A DNA stretch of 64,000 nt from Prochlorococcus sp. AG-355-B18 (GTDB lineage: Bacteria; Cyanobacteriota; Cyanobacteriia; PCC-6307; Cyanobiaceae), in assembly GCA_003280965.1 (NCBI GenBank), contig QCDI01000001.1, forward strand, positions 1 to 64,000, in the 5' to 3' direction. The position numbers were made by a program, and so were the translations under genes. Under the pieces are notes generated by a model. It was not told where the DNA came from. It worked only from the letters and a program-made list of their open reading frames with translations, and did no database searches. Shown here piece by piece: positions 41,412 through 52,329 of the stretch; the stretch's first letter is position 1, and every line of letters starts with the position of its first letter.

Positions 41412-42329
41412 ATGAAAAAACTTGTTATCCTTTTTCTCATATTGATATGTTTTACCAGTGGTAATTCATACTCAAAGGGTCGATCTCCTTGGAATTTCTC
41501 TGAGGACTTTGAAAATGAAAAAGAAGGAAGATTGAGAACCAACAAATTTACGACCAACAATAAGGGTACAGGTCGAAAACCATTCAAAATTAGAAAAGAT
41601 CCTGATGGCAATCAGTATCTTGAAGTGACAGTGAAAGATGGATGGAATGTTGATCAAAAAGGAAGAGAAAAGGAAACAACTGAAAGAGCAGAATTTCAGG
41701 TCAAACCCAAAAAAGCATTAGGTAAAGAAATATGGATCAGTTTCAAAAAAAGACTTCCAGAGGATTTTACTCATATCGACGACAGAGTATTATTTTTTCA
41801 ATTCAAAAACACAATGCATATTGATGATGGAAAAAATGGTCCTCTGATAGGATTACGTTATTATGAAAATGGAAATAGATTGCAAATAGGAGGAGATACC
41901 GGAGGAGATGCAGGTCGATCTATAAGTCGAAAGGAAGAGCGCCTTCATCGTATTGAAACAAAGTATAAAAACTATGGAGGAAAATATTGGTTTCAAAAAT
42001 GGAAAAAGTACCGAAGTGAAAGTAAAGACAGAGATGTTGATGGTACAGCGAGTGTCACTCCATTAGGGAAATGGAGTACATATAAGATTGGAATCCATAA
42101 TACAAAGAATGATGATGGTTTTGTGAAAGTTTATAAAGATGGCGAATTGATGTTTGATTATAATGGTGTCACTTATGATTGGCGTGGACGTTATTATCAA
42201 AGTCATATCAGAATCGGTATCTATCGAGATCGAGTATTTGGAGTGAGTTACCCCGATCAAACAATTCACTTTGATGATTTCATTGTTGTTTCAGATGAAA
42301 AGACTTTAGATCAGATACTCGCCAGATAG
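41412..42329 (+). CDS. Secreted polysaccharide lyase-like (heparin lyase I/jelly-roll type) protein
   Basis: Signal peptide; ERAEF, FFQFK, G.VKVYKDG, RIGIYR, IHFDDF. Confidence 0.65.
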   Translation: MKKLVILFLILICFTSGNSYSKGRSPWNFSEDFENEKEGRLRTNKFTTNNKGTGRKPFKIRKDPDGNQYLEVTVKDGWNVDQKGREKETTERAEFQVKPKKALGKEIWISFKKRLPEDFTHIDDRVLFFQFKNTMHIDDGKNGPLIGLRYYENGNRLQIGGDTGGDAGRSISRKEERLHRIETKYKNYGGKYWFQKWKKYRSESKDRDVDGTASVTPLGKWSTYKIGIHNTKNDDGFVKVYKDGELMFDYNGVTYDWRGRYYQSHIRIGIYRDRVFGVSYPDQTIHFDDFIVVSDEKTLDQILAR

Positions 42330-42730
42330 TCTGCGATCTTTTGATGAGCAGGTTCAAGTGGGTGTTTCTCGGTCGTGTTGATAAAGTGTTTTATTGCAGT
42401 TCTAGTCTTGATTTCTCAGATAGAAATGTTTATATTTTTTGATTGATTTCTTATCTTTACTGTCGGAAAGTAATAGATTATTCTTTTTATAAAGAACTTA
42501 AAAATAGTCCGACTTAGATACCAATATTATAGTATATAAACTCAGTTATATCAACCGAACTGACGGAATTTAGAGTATTATTTTAGCGTTCCCTAACACC
42601 TAAAAAAGTGTTATTTTAGGGGGCAGACAAAATAACACTTACCGATTTCATGTGGTACAAAATGGGGTTATTTTTGTAATTTCTCTATTCTTTCCCTAAG
42701 ATTAGTGATGTAGACAGGGATGTATTCTGA

Positions 42731-42752
42731 GTTCAGATTACACCCTCTCCGT
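42731..42752 (+). repeat. attR-like degenerate copy of the tRNA-Ser 3' end
   Basis: gttcagattacaccctctccgt vs gttcgaatcccaccctctccgt (18/22 identical, last 12 exact). Confidence 0.75.
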
Positions 42753-42801
42753 TTTATAAATCTATTCACTTCCAAGTAGGCAAAAATTATAAATTCTTTT
42801 T

Positions 42802-42951
42802 TTAAGTGATTAAATCTTTAAGCGCGGCGAAGTTATATCTACTTCCAAATTGCAGAACACATTTTACAGTGGGGGCTTTTTTGTCAGAATTACTTAAATC
42901 AATAAACTGGCATATGTGACATTTAGGTAATATTTTATTCTCACTTTCCAC
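42802..42951 (-). CDS. Possible 49-aa Cys-containing small protein
   Basis: GTG start, MESENKILPKCHICQFID...KCVLQFGSRYNFAALKDLIT. Confidence 0.4.
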   Translation of the reverse strand: MESENKILPKCHICQFIDLSNSDKKAPTVKCVLQFGSRYNFAALKDLIT

Positions 42952-42982
42952 GTGAAAGAAATAATTTGCCTACCTTATAAAA

Positions 42983-43077
42983 GTAGAGGAGTTGTTTTAT
43001 TGAATTAGTGGAAACAAGGAAACACTTTATTCAGTAAAACTAAAAAAGACCCCTGTAATTAAGGGGTCTTTTTTTTT
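42983..43077 (+). ncRNA. yfr2: Yfr2-family cyanobacterial sRNA
   Basis: 5' GTAGAGGAG, stem-loop carrying tandem GGAAACA (43010, 43018), terminator gacccc..ggggtc-T9; TACCTT -10 at 42971. Confidence 0.85.
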
Positions 43078-43230
43078 GCCTATTTACTACTGTTGTTGGA
43101 ATTTTCATATCATTAAAATTATTCCAGTTCAAATAGTATAAATTTTAAAAATTTCTAGATTAATAGCTATAAGTCAATTTCAACTTTATTGAAATTTAAA
43201 TTTAATATCTAATTAATAATAAAAGAAGAT

Positions 43231-43482
43231 TTAGTTTTCCCAGAAGGGATCTGTAGTCAAAGAAACCTTTAATATATTTTTTTTATTATTTTTAATACCA
43301 CTTATACAAGCTCTTACTGTTTCTCCATTTACATCTATTTCACAGGCTCCACAACTTCCTGTAAGACAACCAGTTGGAATTTCTAAACCTGCTTTTTCTG
43401 CACTAGAGAACCAATCATCTCCCTCTGAAACAAATGTTTCAATATTGTTTGGCCATAAAATTTTAATGTTTGTTTCTTTCAA
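43231..43482 (-). CDS. 2Fe-2S ferredoxin-like protein
   Basis: PTGCLTGSCGAC...RAC. Confidence 0.88.
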   Translation of the reverse strand: MKETNIKILWPNNIETFVSEGDDWFSSAEKAGLEIPTGCLTGSCGACEIDVNGETVRACISGIKNNKKNILKVSLTTDPFWEN

Positions 43483-45008
43483 TTAAAAAATGATGTGAGA
43501 TTTAGATGTTTATCGAATTCATTCGCAAGATTATTGATAATAGATTCTCTTTTCTTTTTATAAGATATAGATTTTTTATTTAATATTGGTAAGTTTTTTC
43601 TTTTCCTTATTAAATTAATATATTGATCTCTCCATCTATCATTTTCAAAGATCCCATGAATATATGTTCCTGCAATAGTCCCACCCCCATTATTCTCTTT
43701 GTACCAACCTAGATCTAAGTCTTTAAAAATAGTTTTAATCTTTAGTGCGCTTTTTATGCCTTCTAATTCAGTTTGACCATTATGAATTTCAAACCCATTA
43801 ATTTTTGATCTACATGGCCATACAGATTCAGAGTTTATCTGACGTGTTAGTTTTTTATCAGAGAAAGTAGTTTTTAATGGTAGTAATCCAATCCCATTAA
43901 TTTTTTGTTCAGAATAATTTTTGGAACCCTCTTTAAAATATGGATCCTCAAGTGTTGTCCCTAACATTTGTAAACCTCCACAAATCCCAATAATATTACC
44001 CTTGTTATTTGAATATTCCCTTATGTCGTCAGATAAACCAGACTCTTCAAGAAATATTTGATCTTTAATAGTTTGTTTACTTCCCGGGAGAATAACAAAG
44101 TCATACTCGATCAAGTTTTGCGATTCTTTAATCCATTCAATTAATATTGATTCCTCATTTTCTAATGGATCAAAATCTGAGAAGTTACTTATAGATGGTA
44201 ATTTTATAATTCCAACTTTAATCTCAGGATTTTTAAAATGAGATTTTTTTTCTAATAAGTCCAAAGAATCTTCTGGAGGGAATGAATCATTTAACCATGG
44301 AATAATACCAATTACAGGAATTTGAGTTTTATTTTCTATCCAATTTTTCCCTTCTTGAAATAATGAAAGGTCCCCTCTGAATCTATTTATAATAATCCCC
44401 TTAATAAGTTTCTTTTCTTCAGGTTTCATTAATTCGAGAGTTCCGATTATTTGTGCAAATACCCCCCCCCTCTCAATATCAGTGACTAAAATGCAGTTGG
44501 CTCTTAAATACTTTGCAATTCTTAAATTAGTAAGGTCTCTATGAATTAAGTTCATTTCTACTGGGCTGCCAGCTCCTTCGATAATTAAACGACAATCTGG
44601 ATTTTCTTTATAAATAAGGTTTAAACTTTTTTTAATTACTTCCCATCCTGGAATAAACCAATCTTTGTAGTAACTTTTTGCAGTAGTGACCCCCATACTT
44701 TTGCCAAGGTGAATCACCTCACTTATTGAGTTTCCTTGTGGTTTTAATAAAACGGGATTCATCTCTGAAGAAGGTTTAATACCACATGCGAATGCTTGAA
44801 GTGCTTGTGAATATGCCATTTCTCCACCTTCCCAATCAACCCAAGCGTTGTTACTCATGTTTTGTCCTTTAAAAGGTATTGGTTCTTCTCCTAAATTTTT
44901 AAGAATCCTGCAGATAGCAGTAACTGTTAACGATTTCCCTGCTCCACTGGAAGTACCTAAGACCATTATTGGTTTCTTTATTGCATGTAATTTCGCTTCT
45001 AGCTCCAT
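43479..45008 (-). CDS. cobQ: Cobyric acid synthase
   Basis: GTSSGAGKS, FKGQNMS, EGAGSP, GICGG.QMLG, TYIHG. Confidence 0.95.
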   Translation of the reverse strand: MELEAKLHAIKKPIMVLGTSSGAGKSLTVTAICRILKNLGEEPIPFKGQNMSNNAWVDWEGGEMAYSQALQAFACGIKPSSEMNPVLLKPQGNSISEVIHLGKSMGVTTAKSYYKDWFIPGWEVIKKSLNLIYKENPDCRLIIEGAGSPVEMNLIHRDLTNLRIAKYLRANCILVTDIERGGVFAQIIGTLELMKPEEKKLIKGIIINRFRGDLSLFQEGKNWIENKTQIPVIGIIPWLNDSFPPEDSLDLLEKKSHFKNPEIKVGIIKLPSISNFSDFDPLENEESILIEWIKESQNLIEYDFVILPGSKQTIKDQIFLEESGLSDDIREYSNNKGNIIGICGGLQMLGTTLEDPYFKEGSKNYSEQKINGIGLLPLKTTFSDKKLTRQINSESVWPCRSKINGFEIHNGQTELEGIKSALKIKTIFKDLDLGWYKENNGGGTIAGTYIHGIFENDRWRDQYINLIRKRKNLPILNKKSISYKKKRESIINNLANEFDKHLNLTSFFN

Positions 45009-45074
45009 TCGTAATTTATACTAATTTTAAAATTAATTAATCAGTAAATTGAATTATAATTTGGTAAAAAATTT

Positions 45075-45686
45075 GTGTTAATTCTAGCCTCTGCTTCTCA
45101 ATCTAGAAAGAAATTACTAGAAAATTGTCAAATTCAATTTATCCAAATATCAAGTGACTTTGATGAAACTACTATTCAAGAAGAGAATATATTTAATTTA
45201 GCTTTGGAATTATCTTTTCAAAAGGCTAATAGTTTATCTGAAAATATTCCTACAACATTATTTCCTAAAGAATTTAATTATGGTCCATTGGAAATACTTG
45301 GGTGCGACTCAATTTTTGAATTTAAAGGGGAAGCTTATGGAAAACCATCTAATAAAGAGGAGGCATTTAATAGATGGAAAAAAATGTCTGGAGAATTTGG
45401 ATATTTACATACTGGTCATACTCTAATATTTGGCAATTTTGATTCAACTTCCAAAATTTTTAAAATCACTGAAATAATAAAAAAAACAGTAAGTTCAAGA
45501 GTTTATTTTTCTGAGTTGGAAGATTGGGAAATCAAAAGTTATGTAGATACAAACGAACCTTTATACTGTGCAGGTGGATTTGCTTTGGAAGGAATAGGCG
45601 GTAAATATATAGAAAAAATAGAGGGTTGCTTCAGTAATGTTATGGGGTTGAGTTTGCCATGGCTAAGAAAGAATTTATATAGATAA
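45075..45686 (+). CDS. maf: Maf family nucleoside triphosphate pyrophosphatase
   Basis: LILASAS.SR, GKP, NVMGLSL. Confidence 0.92.
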   Translation: MLILASASQSRKKLLENCQIQFIQISSDFDETTIQEENIFNLALELSFQKANSLSENIPTTLFPKEFNYGPLEILGCDSIFEFKGEAYGKPSNKEEAFNRWKKMSGEFGYLHTGHTLIFGNFDSTSKIFKITEIIKKTVSSRVYFSELEDWEIKSYVDTNEPLYCAGGFALEGIGGKYIEKIEGCFSNVMGLSLPWLRKNLYR

Positions 45687-45715
45687 TTAATATAAAAAAA
45701 ATAAACAAAAATAAC

Positions 45716-45749
45716 AAAAAAAAACCCTATCTTTCGATAGGGTATTTTT
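45716..45749. terminator. Bidirectional terminator between maf and psbC
   Basis: accctatc-tttc-gatagggt flanked by A/T tracts. Confidence 0.8.
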
Positions 45750-45761
45750 GTGAAGTAGAGA

Positions 45762-47144
45762 TTAATCTAAATCAGGCATTTCTAGAGCTGGTTCACTCTT
45801 TCTGTCGATTCCTTTCTCGAAACCAGCAGCGGCTGCTCTAGCACGTCCAGCATGCCAAAGGTGACCGATGAATGTAAACCATCCTAGGAAGAATTGAGCT
45901 GCAGCTAACCATTGTCTTAAGTTAACAAAGTTAACAGCATTTGGCTCTGTAATGATTCCACCAACAGAGTTGATAGAAGCGTTGGGAGCATGAGTCATAT
46001 ATTCAGCAGCTCTTCTTACTTGCCAAGGCTGAATATCATTTTGGATTTTCTCGAGGCTCAAACCGTTAGGACCTCTTAAAGGCTCTAACCATGGACCTCT
46101 GAAGTCCCAAAATCTCATTGTTTCACCACCAAATATAATTTCACCTGTAGGAGATCTCATGAGATACTTACCTAAACCTGTTGGTCCCATTGTTGAACCT
46201 ACGTTAGCTCCAATTCTTTGGTCTCTCACAAGGAAAGTAAAGCTTTGAGCCTGTGAAGCTTCAGCATTAGTTGGGCCATAAAACTCTGAAGGGTAAGCAG
46301 TATTATTAAACCAGATGAATGTTGAAGCAATAAAACTTGCTACACAAATTCCACCTAGAGCGTAACTTAAGAGTCCTTCACCATTCCAGATGAATGCTCT
46401 TCTTGCCCATCCAAAAGGTTTGGTAAAGATATGGAATATTCCTCCAATAATTGCAGTAATACCCACATAAACATGTCCACCAACAATATCTTCAATGGAG
46501 TTAACACCGATTATTGAACCAGCACCTCCCCATGGAGATCTAAATAGATAACCAAGAATAACCCTTGGATCTAAAGTTGGGTTAACAAGTCTAACTTCTC
46601 CACCACCAGGAGCCCATGTGTCATATGCACCGCCAATAAAACACCAGTTAACTGACCATGCCAATGCACCTACACCAAGGACAATCAAATGATATCCGAG
46701 GATATTAGTCATTTGATTTTTGTCTCTCCAATCAGTGGAGAAAAATGGAAAATCTTCTTCAAGTTTTTCTGGACCTGCTAATGAATGGTAAATACCACCA
46801 AAACCAAGAACAGCAGAAGCTATCAAATGAACCACACCTGCTTGGAAGAAAGGCATGATGTCAGTAACTTCACCACCAGGGCCAATACCGTAGCCAAACA
46901 TCGCAACGTGTGGCATACAGATTAGACCTTGCTCCCACATTGGTTTATCAAAAGTAAAATGATTAACCTCAAAGAGCATCATTGCTCCCGCCCAAAAAAC
47001 TATTAGTCCAGAGTGAGCAATGTGAGCTCCTAATAAACGTCCAGATAAATTGATTAATCTAGCATTACCTACATACCAGGCATAGCCAGTTTCTTCAATA
47101 CTTTGGTTTGGAGCTCTTAATAAATTATTAAAGGGCGTTTCCAC
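45762..47144 (-). CDS. psbC: Photosystem II CP43 protein
   Basis: GTG start overlapping psb[28 protein letters not shown]. Confidence 0.98.
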   Translation of the reverse strand: METPFNNLLRAPNQSIEETGYAWYVGNARLINLSGRLLGAHIAHSGLIVFWAGAMMLFEVNHFTFDKPMWEQGLICMPHVAMFGYGIGPGGEVTDIMPFFQAGVVHLIASAVLGFGGIYHSLAGPEKLEEDFPFFSTDWRDKNQMTNILGYHLIVLGVGALAWSVNWCFIGGAYDTWAPGGGEVRLVNPTLDPRVILGYLFRSPWGGAGSIIGVNSIEDIVGGHVYVGITAIIGGIFHIFTKPFGWARRAFIWNGEGLLSYALGGICVASFIASTFIWFNNTAYPSEFYGPTNAEASQAQSFTFLVRDQRIGANVGSTMGPTGLGKYLMRSPTGEIIFGGETMRFWDFRGPWLEPLRGPNGLSLEKIQNDIQPWQVRRAAEYMTHAPNASINSVGGIITEPNAVNFVNLRQWLAAAQFFLGWFTFIGHLWHAGRARAAAAGFEKGIDRKSEPALEMPDLD

Positions 47145-48204
47145 GTGGAAGAACCTCCTCAGGGAATACAAAGTTTTCGTGTGGTTGATCCACAGAAGAC
47201 ATCCATGCTCGCATACCTTCGTTCAAAAGTATATTTTTTGTATAGAAAGTTTCAAATTCTGGATCTTCTGCTGCACGTATTTCTTGGCTTACGAAATCAT
47301 AAGCTCTTAAATTTAGTGCTAAGCCGACAATACCAATTGAAGATGTCCACATACCCATAACAGGTACAAATAGCATTAAGAAGTGTAAAAAACGCTTGTT
47401 TGAGAAAGCGATACCGAAGATTTGACTCCAGAATCTATTCGCTGTAATCATTGAATAGGTTTCTTCTTCCTGTGTTGGGTCAAAAGCTCTAAATGTTGAA
47501 CTCTGAACCTTACCATCTGTATAAATACTTGTATCTTCATACAAAGTATTTTGTACTGTAGCTCCATGAATAGCGCAAAGTAGAGCACCACCAAGAATTC
47601 CAGCTACTCCCATCATGTGGAATGGGTTTAAAGTAATATTGTGAAAACCTTGAATGAATAGGATATAACGGAAGATTGCTGCAACACCGAATGAAGGTGC
47701 GAAGAACCAACTGTGCTGTCCTAAAGGGTAAATAAGGAAAATACTTGTGAAAACTGCTATTACTGCTGAAAAAGCTAATGCGTTGTATGGTCTAATTCCA
47801 ACAAGGCCAGCAATTTCAAACTGACGAAGCATAAAACCAATTAGGCCAAATACTCCATGTAATGCAACAAAGTTCCAAAGACCACCAAGTTGTAGCCATC
47901 TTACGAAACTACCTTGGGCTTCAGGACCCCATAAAAATAGAAGACTGTGTCCCATGGCATCACCAGGGGTACTTACAGCTGCTGTTAAAAAGTTACAACC
48001 TTCAAGGTATGAGCTTGCAACTCCGTGTGTGTACCAAGAGGTAACAAATGTTGTGCCGACAAACCAACCGCCTATTGCAAGATATGCACAAGGAAGTAAA
48101 AGTAGTCCGGACCAACCAATAAATACAAAGCGGTCGCGCTTCAACCAATCATCAAGGATATCAAACCATCCTCTTTGTGGGGCGCTACCAACTGCGATCG
48201 TCAT
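47128..48204 (-). CDS. psbD: Photosystem II D2 protein
   Basis: MTIAVG...DDWLKRDRF...[10 protein letters not shown]. Confidence 0.98.
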   Translation of the reverse strand: MTIAVGSAPQRGWFDILDDWLKRDRFVFIGWSGLLLLPCAYLAIGGWFVGTTFVTSWYTHGVASSYLEGCNFLTAAVSTPGDAMGHSLLFLWGPEAQGSFVRWLQLGGLWNFVALHGVFGLIGFMLRQFEIAGLVGIRPYNALAFSAVIAVFTSIFLIYPLGQHSWFFAPSFGVAAIFRYILFIQGFHNITLNPFHMMGVAGILGGALLCAIHGATVQNTLYEDTSIYTDGKVQSSTFRAFDPTQEEETYSMITANRFWSQIFGIAFSNKRFLHFLMLFVPVMGMWTSSIGIVGLALNLRAYDFVSQEIRAAEDPEFETFYTKNILLNEGMRAWMSSVDQPHENFVFPEEVLPRGNAL

Positions 48205-48386
48205 GAGAAATCGTTTTTAGCTTCGGGATACGCAGTGACTGTAACAAAGATTGAGAGTAATGTGGGGAAATATTTGTATATCTGAAATGCCTTGTAAAGC
48301 TTTCCTGACTTTTTTATTAAAAATTAGGTAAGAATACTCCCTTACTTTGTTAAATTATCTAAATTAGGCCCTAAAAAAAGCTAAAA

Positions 48387-48944
48387 ATGAATTCAGACCT
48401 TACGTCATTCGATAAAATCGAACAAAAAATTGGCGGTTCAAGAAAAATTTCAAATTATATAATTGGTGGAATGTTAACGATCGGTGGTATTGGTTTTCTT
48501 TTGGCCTCATTATCAAGCTACACAGGCAGGGATCTATTACCTCTGGGCAATCCGTCAACTTTATTATTCATACCTCAAGGAATAATAATGGGAGCGTATG
48601 GAATAATAGCCAATTTATTGAACTTTTATTTGTGGTATTTGGTATTTATTAATTTTGGTTCTGGAAGTAATTCTTTTGATAAATCTTCAAAATCTGTTGA
48701 GATAAAAAGAAAAGGGTTATTTAAAGATATTGAAGTTAAGTTGAATTTTGATGAAATTAAATCGGTTAAGCTAGATATAAGTGAAGGATTTAATCCTAGA
48801 AGAAGAATCGCACTAGTACTAAAAGGTAGAAAAAAACCACTCCCTTTAAGCGGTGCAGGTGAACTTAAACCACTTCTTCAGGTTGAAGAAGAAGGAGCGA
48901 GGCTGGCTAAATTTTTGAATGTTAATTTGGAGGGACTAAAATAA
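48387..48944 (+). CDS. ycf4: Photosystem I assembly protein Ycf4
   Basis: GSRKISNY, FIPQG, LAKFLNV.LEG. Confidence 0.93.
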   Translation: MNSDLTSFDKIEQKIGGSRKISNYIIGGMLTIGGIGFLLASLSSYTGRDLLPLGNPSTLLFIPQGIIMGAYGIIANLLNFYLWYLVFINFGSGSNSFDKSSKSVEIKRKGLFKDIEVKLNFDEIKSVKLDISEGFNPRRRIALVLKGRKKPLPLSGAGELKPLLQVEEEGARLAKFLNVNLEGLK

Positions 48945-48985
48945 AAAAGGTATTTCCATTTAAAGCATTATTTTTAATCCAGATT

Positions 48986-49597
48986 TTGTTTTTTGTACCA
49001 GCTTGTAGTTTTAAAAATGAGATTGATTCAAATTATTATTGCCAAAAACTTAAACTAACTTGTACAAAAGGAAATAAAATAATCTACTTTAAAACCTCAA
49101 AAGGTGATTTCGAGGTTAAATTATTAGGTAAAGATTACCCAGTCACAGTCTCTAATTTTCTAGAAAATATTAATAATAATATATATAAAAATAAAAAATT
49201 TTATAAAATAATTAACTATCCCCAAATAAAATTTATACACGGAGGAGTTAATCCAGAAAATGAATTTTACATTGAACAAAATCAAACCCTAAATAAGACG
49301 AGTGCCTCAATACCCTTAGAAATTAAATTCAAAGAAGAAATTAAACCAAGATATAACTATCAAATAAAAAATCCTAATGAAACTATAAATTTAATTAATA
49401 CTTTTGAGAGTGGTTCAATCGCTATGGTTAAGAGCGGTAAGAAAAAGTCTTCAGCTACTGAATTTTTTTTTGTAACTAGTAAAATCCCAGAACTCGATGG
49501 AAGATATTCGATTTTTGGAAAGATTATTAAAGGATTAGATGTACTCAAAAAAATAAATGAAGAAGACTATATCAAGGCAGTCCAGATATTTAATTAA
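48986..49597 (+). CDS. Cyclophilin-type peptidyl-prolyl isomerase
   Basis: [20 protein letters not shown]. Confidence 0.85.
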   Translation: MFFVPACSFKNEIDSNYYCQKLKLTCTKGNKIIYFKTSKGDFEVKLLGKDYPVTVSNFLENINNNIYKNKKFYKIINYPQIKFIHGGVNPENEFYIEQNQTLNKTSASIPLEIKFKEEIKPRYNYQIKNPNETINLINTFESGSIAMVKSGKKKSSATEFFFVTSKIPELDGRYSIFGKIIKGLDVLKKINEEDYIKAVQIFN

Positions 49598-50118
49598 ATT
49601 TCTAGAGAATATTTGTTTATTTTCAACATTTCTGTATTAACTCCTGAAGAACGTTTAAGAGCAACCTTACCAGTCCTCGCTATTTCAAGGATGCCGTATG
49701 GCTCTAGTAATTTCTCTAGAGCGACTAACTTCCCAGGATCTCCAACTACCTCGAGAGTTAATGCTATATCTGATACATCAACAACTTTTGCACGGAAAAT
49801 CTGCACTATATCAAGGATATTACTTCTGGTATCTTCTTTCGATGAAACTTTTAGTAACATCAATTCCCTCTCAACAGCTGCGAGATTAGTAAAATCTACA
49901 ACTCCCAGAACATTAAATAACTTATTAAGTTGCTTAGTCATTTGTTGAAGAGTTTCATCATCACCCTCTACTACCATGGTTAACCTTGAAATCCCTTTAG
50001 ATTCTGCAGGTCCTACTGCAAGGCTATCTATGTTGAAACCCCTTCTAGCAAAAAGACCTGAGATTCTACTCAAGGCTCCAGATTCGTCCTCTACAAGAAC
50101 TGATAATGTATGTTTCAT
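49594..50118 (-). CDS. ilvH: Acetolactate synthase small subunit
   Basis: [24 protein letters not shown]. Confidence 0.95.
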   Translation of the reverse strand: MKHTLSVLVEDESGALSRISGLFARRGFNIDSLAVGPAESKGISRLTMVVEGDDETLQQMTKQLNKLFNVLGVVDFTNLAAVERELMLLKVSSKEDTRSNILDIVQIFRAKVVDVSDIALTLEVVGDPGKLVALEKLLEPYGILEIARTGKVALKRSSGVNTEMLKINKYSLEI

Positions 50119-50121
50119 ATT

Positions 50122-51066
50122 TTAAAAGGTTTTTAAATCTCTAATCCATTGATAAGAGATACTATTGAATATTGAAGGATCTTCATCATGTATGCAATGC
50201 CCTGAGTTGGATACTATTTTTAATTTTACCCATCTATAGAGATTTGCAATCTTTTTACCAAGAAATAAAGGTATAAAATTATCTTTATCGCCCCAAATTA
50301 ATAATAAAGGTACTTTTTTTGAGGTACTAAGTTTTCTTAAAAGGTAAGAGACTTGAAATTTTACATCTCTTGTTGACATTCCAATACACATTGCTCTTAA
50401 TGATCTGGCTGCAGTCCTCCTTAAAACGGGTTTTGTTACTAAATCTATTAGTTCTGGATCAATATTACCTTTTTTGAAATAGGCAGAATTTAGCCCTAGC
50501 CTTATAACCCCTAATTTTGCAATTAAAAATAAAATAATCTCTAAAGGGAAAAATATAAAAAATATTGTTATGAATCTATCTTTAAATTTTTTTAAAAATG
50601 ATTTCTTTTTTTCTTTCTTTACGTTTTTCTTAATTTGATCAGGTAGAGGAGATGCAATAACTGTTGCAATCTGGTCCTCTAATAAAACACCACATGTTAA
50701 AGCCACTAATGATCCAAGAGAATTACCAATGAGAATTACTTTCCCAGAATTCTTTGGTCTTATAACCTGTGTAATAAAGTCTTTCACTTGATTGCACCAA
50801 ATCTCATTATTTAATCTCCCAATTTGTCTTATACCAGGTTGATCTGAATCTCCAAATCCTATTAAATCCAAAGAATAAGAGGCAAAATCCCTTTTTGCAA
50901 AATACTCTAAATTGTTTCTCCAATGTTTTCGACTAGCACCAAATCCATGTAGAAAGATAATTGGAATTTTATTTTGTTCTCCAGTAACACTCCAACAAAT
51001 TTTAAAACCATTCCAATTCCAGTAATTAGGGTAGTTAATATTTTCTTCTTTAAAATTGGTGTTCAT
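50122..51066 (-). CDS. Alpha/beta hydrolase
   Basis: HGFGAS, DLIGFG.S, GNSLG, GHCIHDE. Confidence 0.9.
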   Translation of the reverse strand: MNTNFKEENINYPNYWNWNGFKICWSVTGEQNKIPIIFLHGFGASRKHWRNNLEYFAKRDFASYSLDLIGFGDSDQPGIRQIGRLNNEIWCNQVKDFITQVIRPKNSGKVILIGNSLGSLVALTCGVLLEDQIATVIASPLPDQIKKNVKKEKKKSFLKKFKDRFITIFFIFFPLEIILFLIAKLGVIRLGLNSAYFKKGNIDPELIDLVTKPVLRRTAARSLRAMCIGMSTRDVKFQVSYLLRKLSTSKKVPLLLIWGDKDNFIPLFLGKKIANLYRWVKLKIVSNSGHCIHDEDPSIFNSISYQWIRDLKTF

Positions 51067-51158
51067 ATAGGCAAAATTTTCAAGTTATTTGCATTATCTA
51101 CTTTTTTAACAAATAAATGTATATTGAATGTAAATTATATTAATCATTAAATTTTACT

Positions 51159-51257
51159 ATGGCTAAAGAAATTTTTAGTATTGCAGCAGTTTTTTGGATA
51201 TTGATACCAATAGGATTGGTTGGTGGTGCATTACTATTAAAGTTTCAGGGAGATTGA
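51159..51257 (+). CDS. petM: Cytochrome b6f subunit VII PetM (absent from ORF track)
   Basis: [32 protein letters not shown]. Confidence 0.93.
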
Positions 51258-51314
51258 TTCTCACGAATACATAACAAATTGAGTTATGGTCTACAGGTTA
51301 AGTAAATCTTAAGT

Positions 51315-52277
51315 ATGAAGATTCTTTTAGTAGGAGCAACAGGGACTCTTGGTAGGCAAATAGCAAAGCAAGCCATAGAAGAGGGACATGAAGTAAGATG
51401 CTTTGTCAGAAACCCAAGAAAAGCTTCTTTTCTACAAGAGTGGGGTTGTGAGCTTACAAAAGGTAATATATTAAATTCTTCAGACATTGAATATGCATTG
51501 CAAGATATTGAAGCAGTTATTGATGCGGCAACTAGTAGACCTGATGATCCAAAAAGTATTTATGAAATAGATTGGGATGGAAAACTTAATTTGTTCAATG
51601 CTTGTGAATCCCTAAATGTAAAAAGGGTGATATTCCTTTCAATACTATTAACAGAAAAATTCAGGAACGTTCCATTAATGGACATTAAACACTGTACTGA
51701 AAAACTTCTTGAGAAATCTGATCTAGAATTTACAATCTTCAAATGTGCAGCATTCATGCAAGGAGTTATAGGTCAATTTGCAATCCCAATCTTGGATAGT
51801 CAAGCAGTATGGATGAGTGGGACCCCAACAAAAATTGCTTATATGAATACTCAAGATATGGCAAAAGTTATTGTCGCAGCAGTGAATAATCCAAAAACTC
51901 ATAGAACTTCATTGCCATTGGTTGGCCCCAAAGCATGGGATTCAAACGAAGTCATATCCCTATGTGAGAAATTTAGCGAAAAAAAGGCAAAAATTTTTAG
52001 AGTTTCTCCTTTCCTGATTAATATTACTCAGAAAGTAGTTTCTTTTTTCCAGGATTCTTTAAATGTTGCCGAAAGATTGGCTTTCGCTGAAGTAACAAGT
52101 AGTGGAGAATCATTAGATGCTGACATGAGCAAAACTTACGAAATATTGGATCTAAAAAAAGAAGATATGACATCACTAGAGAGCTATATCAAGGAATACT
52201 ATCAACAGATACTTAAGAGACTAAGGGAAATGGAAGCTGATCTAAACATTGAAGAAAAAAAGAGATTACCTTTTTAA
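51315..52277 (+). CDS. ycf39: Ycf39-family NAD(P)H-binding protein
   Basis: GATGTLGRQI, FL.EWG, ERLAF; follows petM. Confidence 0.88.
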   Translation: MKILLVGATGTLGRQIAKQAIEEGHEVRCFVRNPRKASFLQEWGCELTKGNILNSSDIEYALQDIEAVIDAATSRPDDPKSIYEIDWDGKLNLFNACESLNVKRVIFLSILLTEKFRNVPLMDIKHCTEKLLEKSDLEFTIFKCAAFMQGVIGQFAIPILDSQAVWMSGTPTKIAYMNTQDMAKVIVAAVNNPKTHRTSLPLVGPKAWDSNEVISLCEKFSEKKAKIFRVSPFLINITQKVVSFFQDSLNVAERLAFAEVTSSGESLDADMSKTYEILDLKKEDMTSLESYIKEYYQQILKRLREMEADLNIEEKKRLPF

Positions 52278-52329
52278 CATTGCAATTTTGGACTTATATA
52301 GTATATTTGTACTAAATATATTAGTACTC

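Larger units (their letters stand above)
40966..42752. mobile_element. Non-autonomous tRNA-Ser-integrated element or remnant (no integrase)
   Basis: CACCCTCTCCGT at 40966-40977 and 42741-42752, single foreign-looking cargo gene, shared end motifs. Confidence 0.7.

Noticed and set aside
47128..47171. psbD/psbC overlap and the upstream start in the track
   Set aside because: The overlap with GTG start at 47144 is the standard arrangement, not novel
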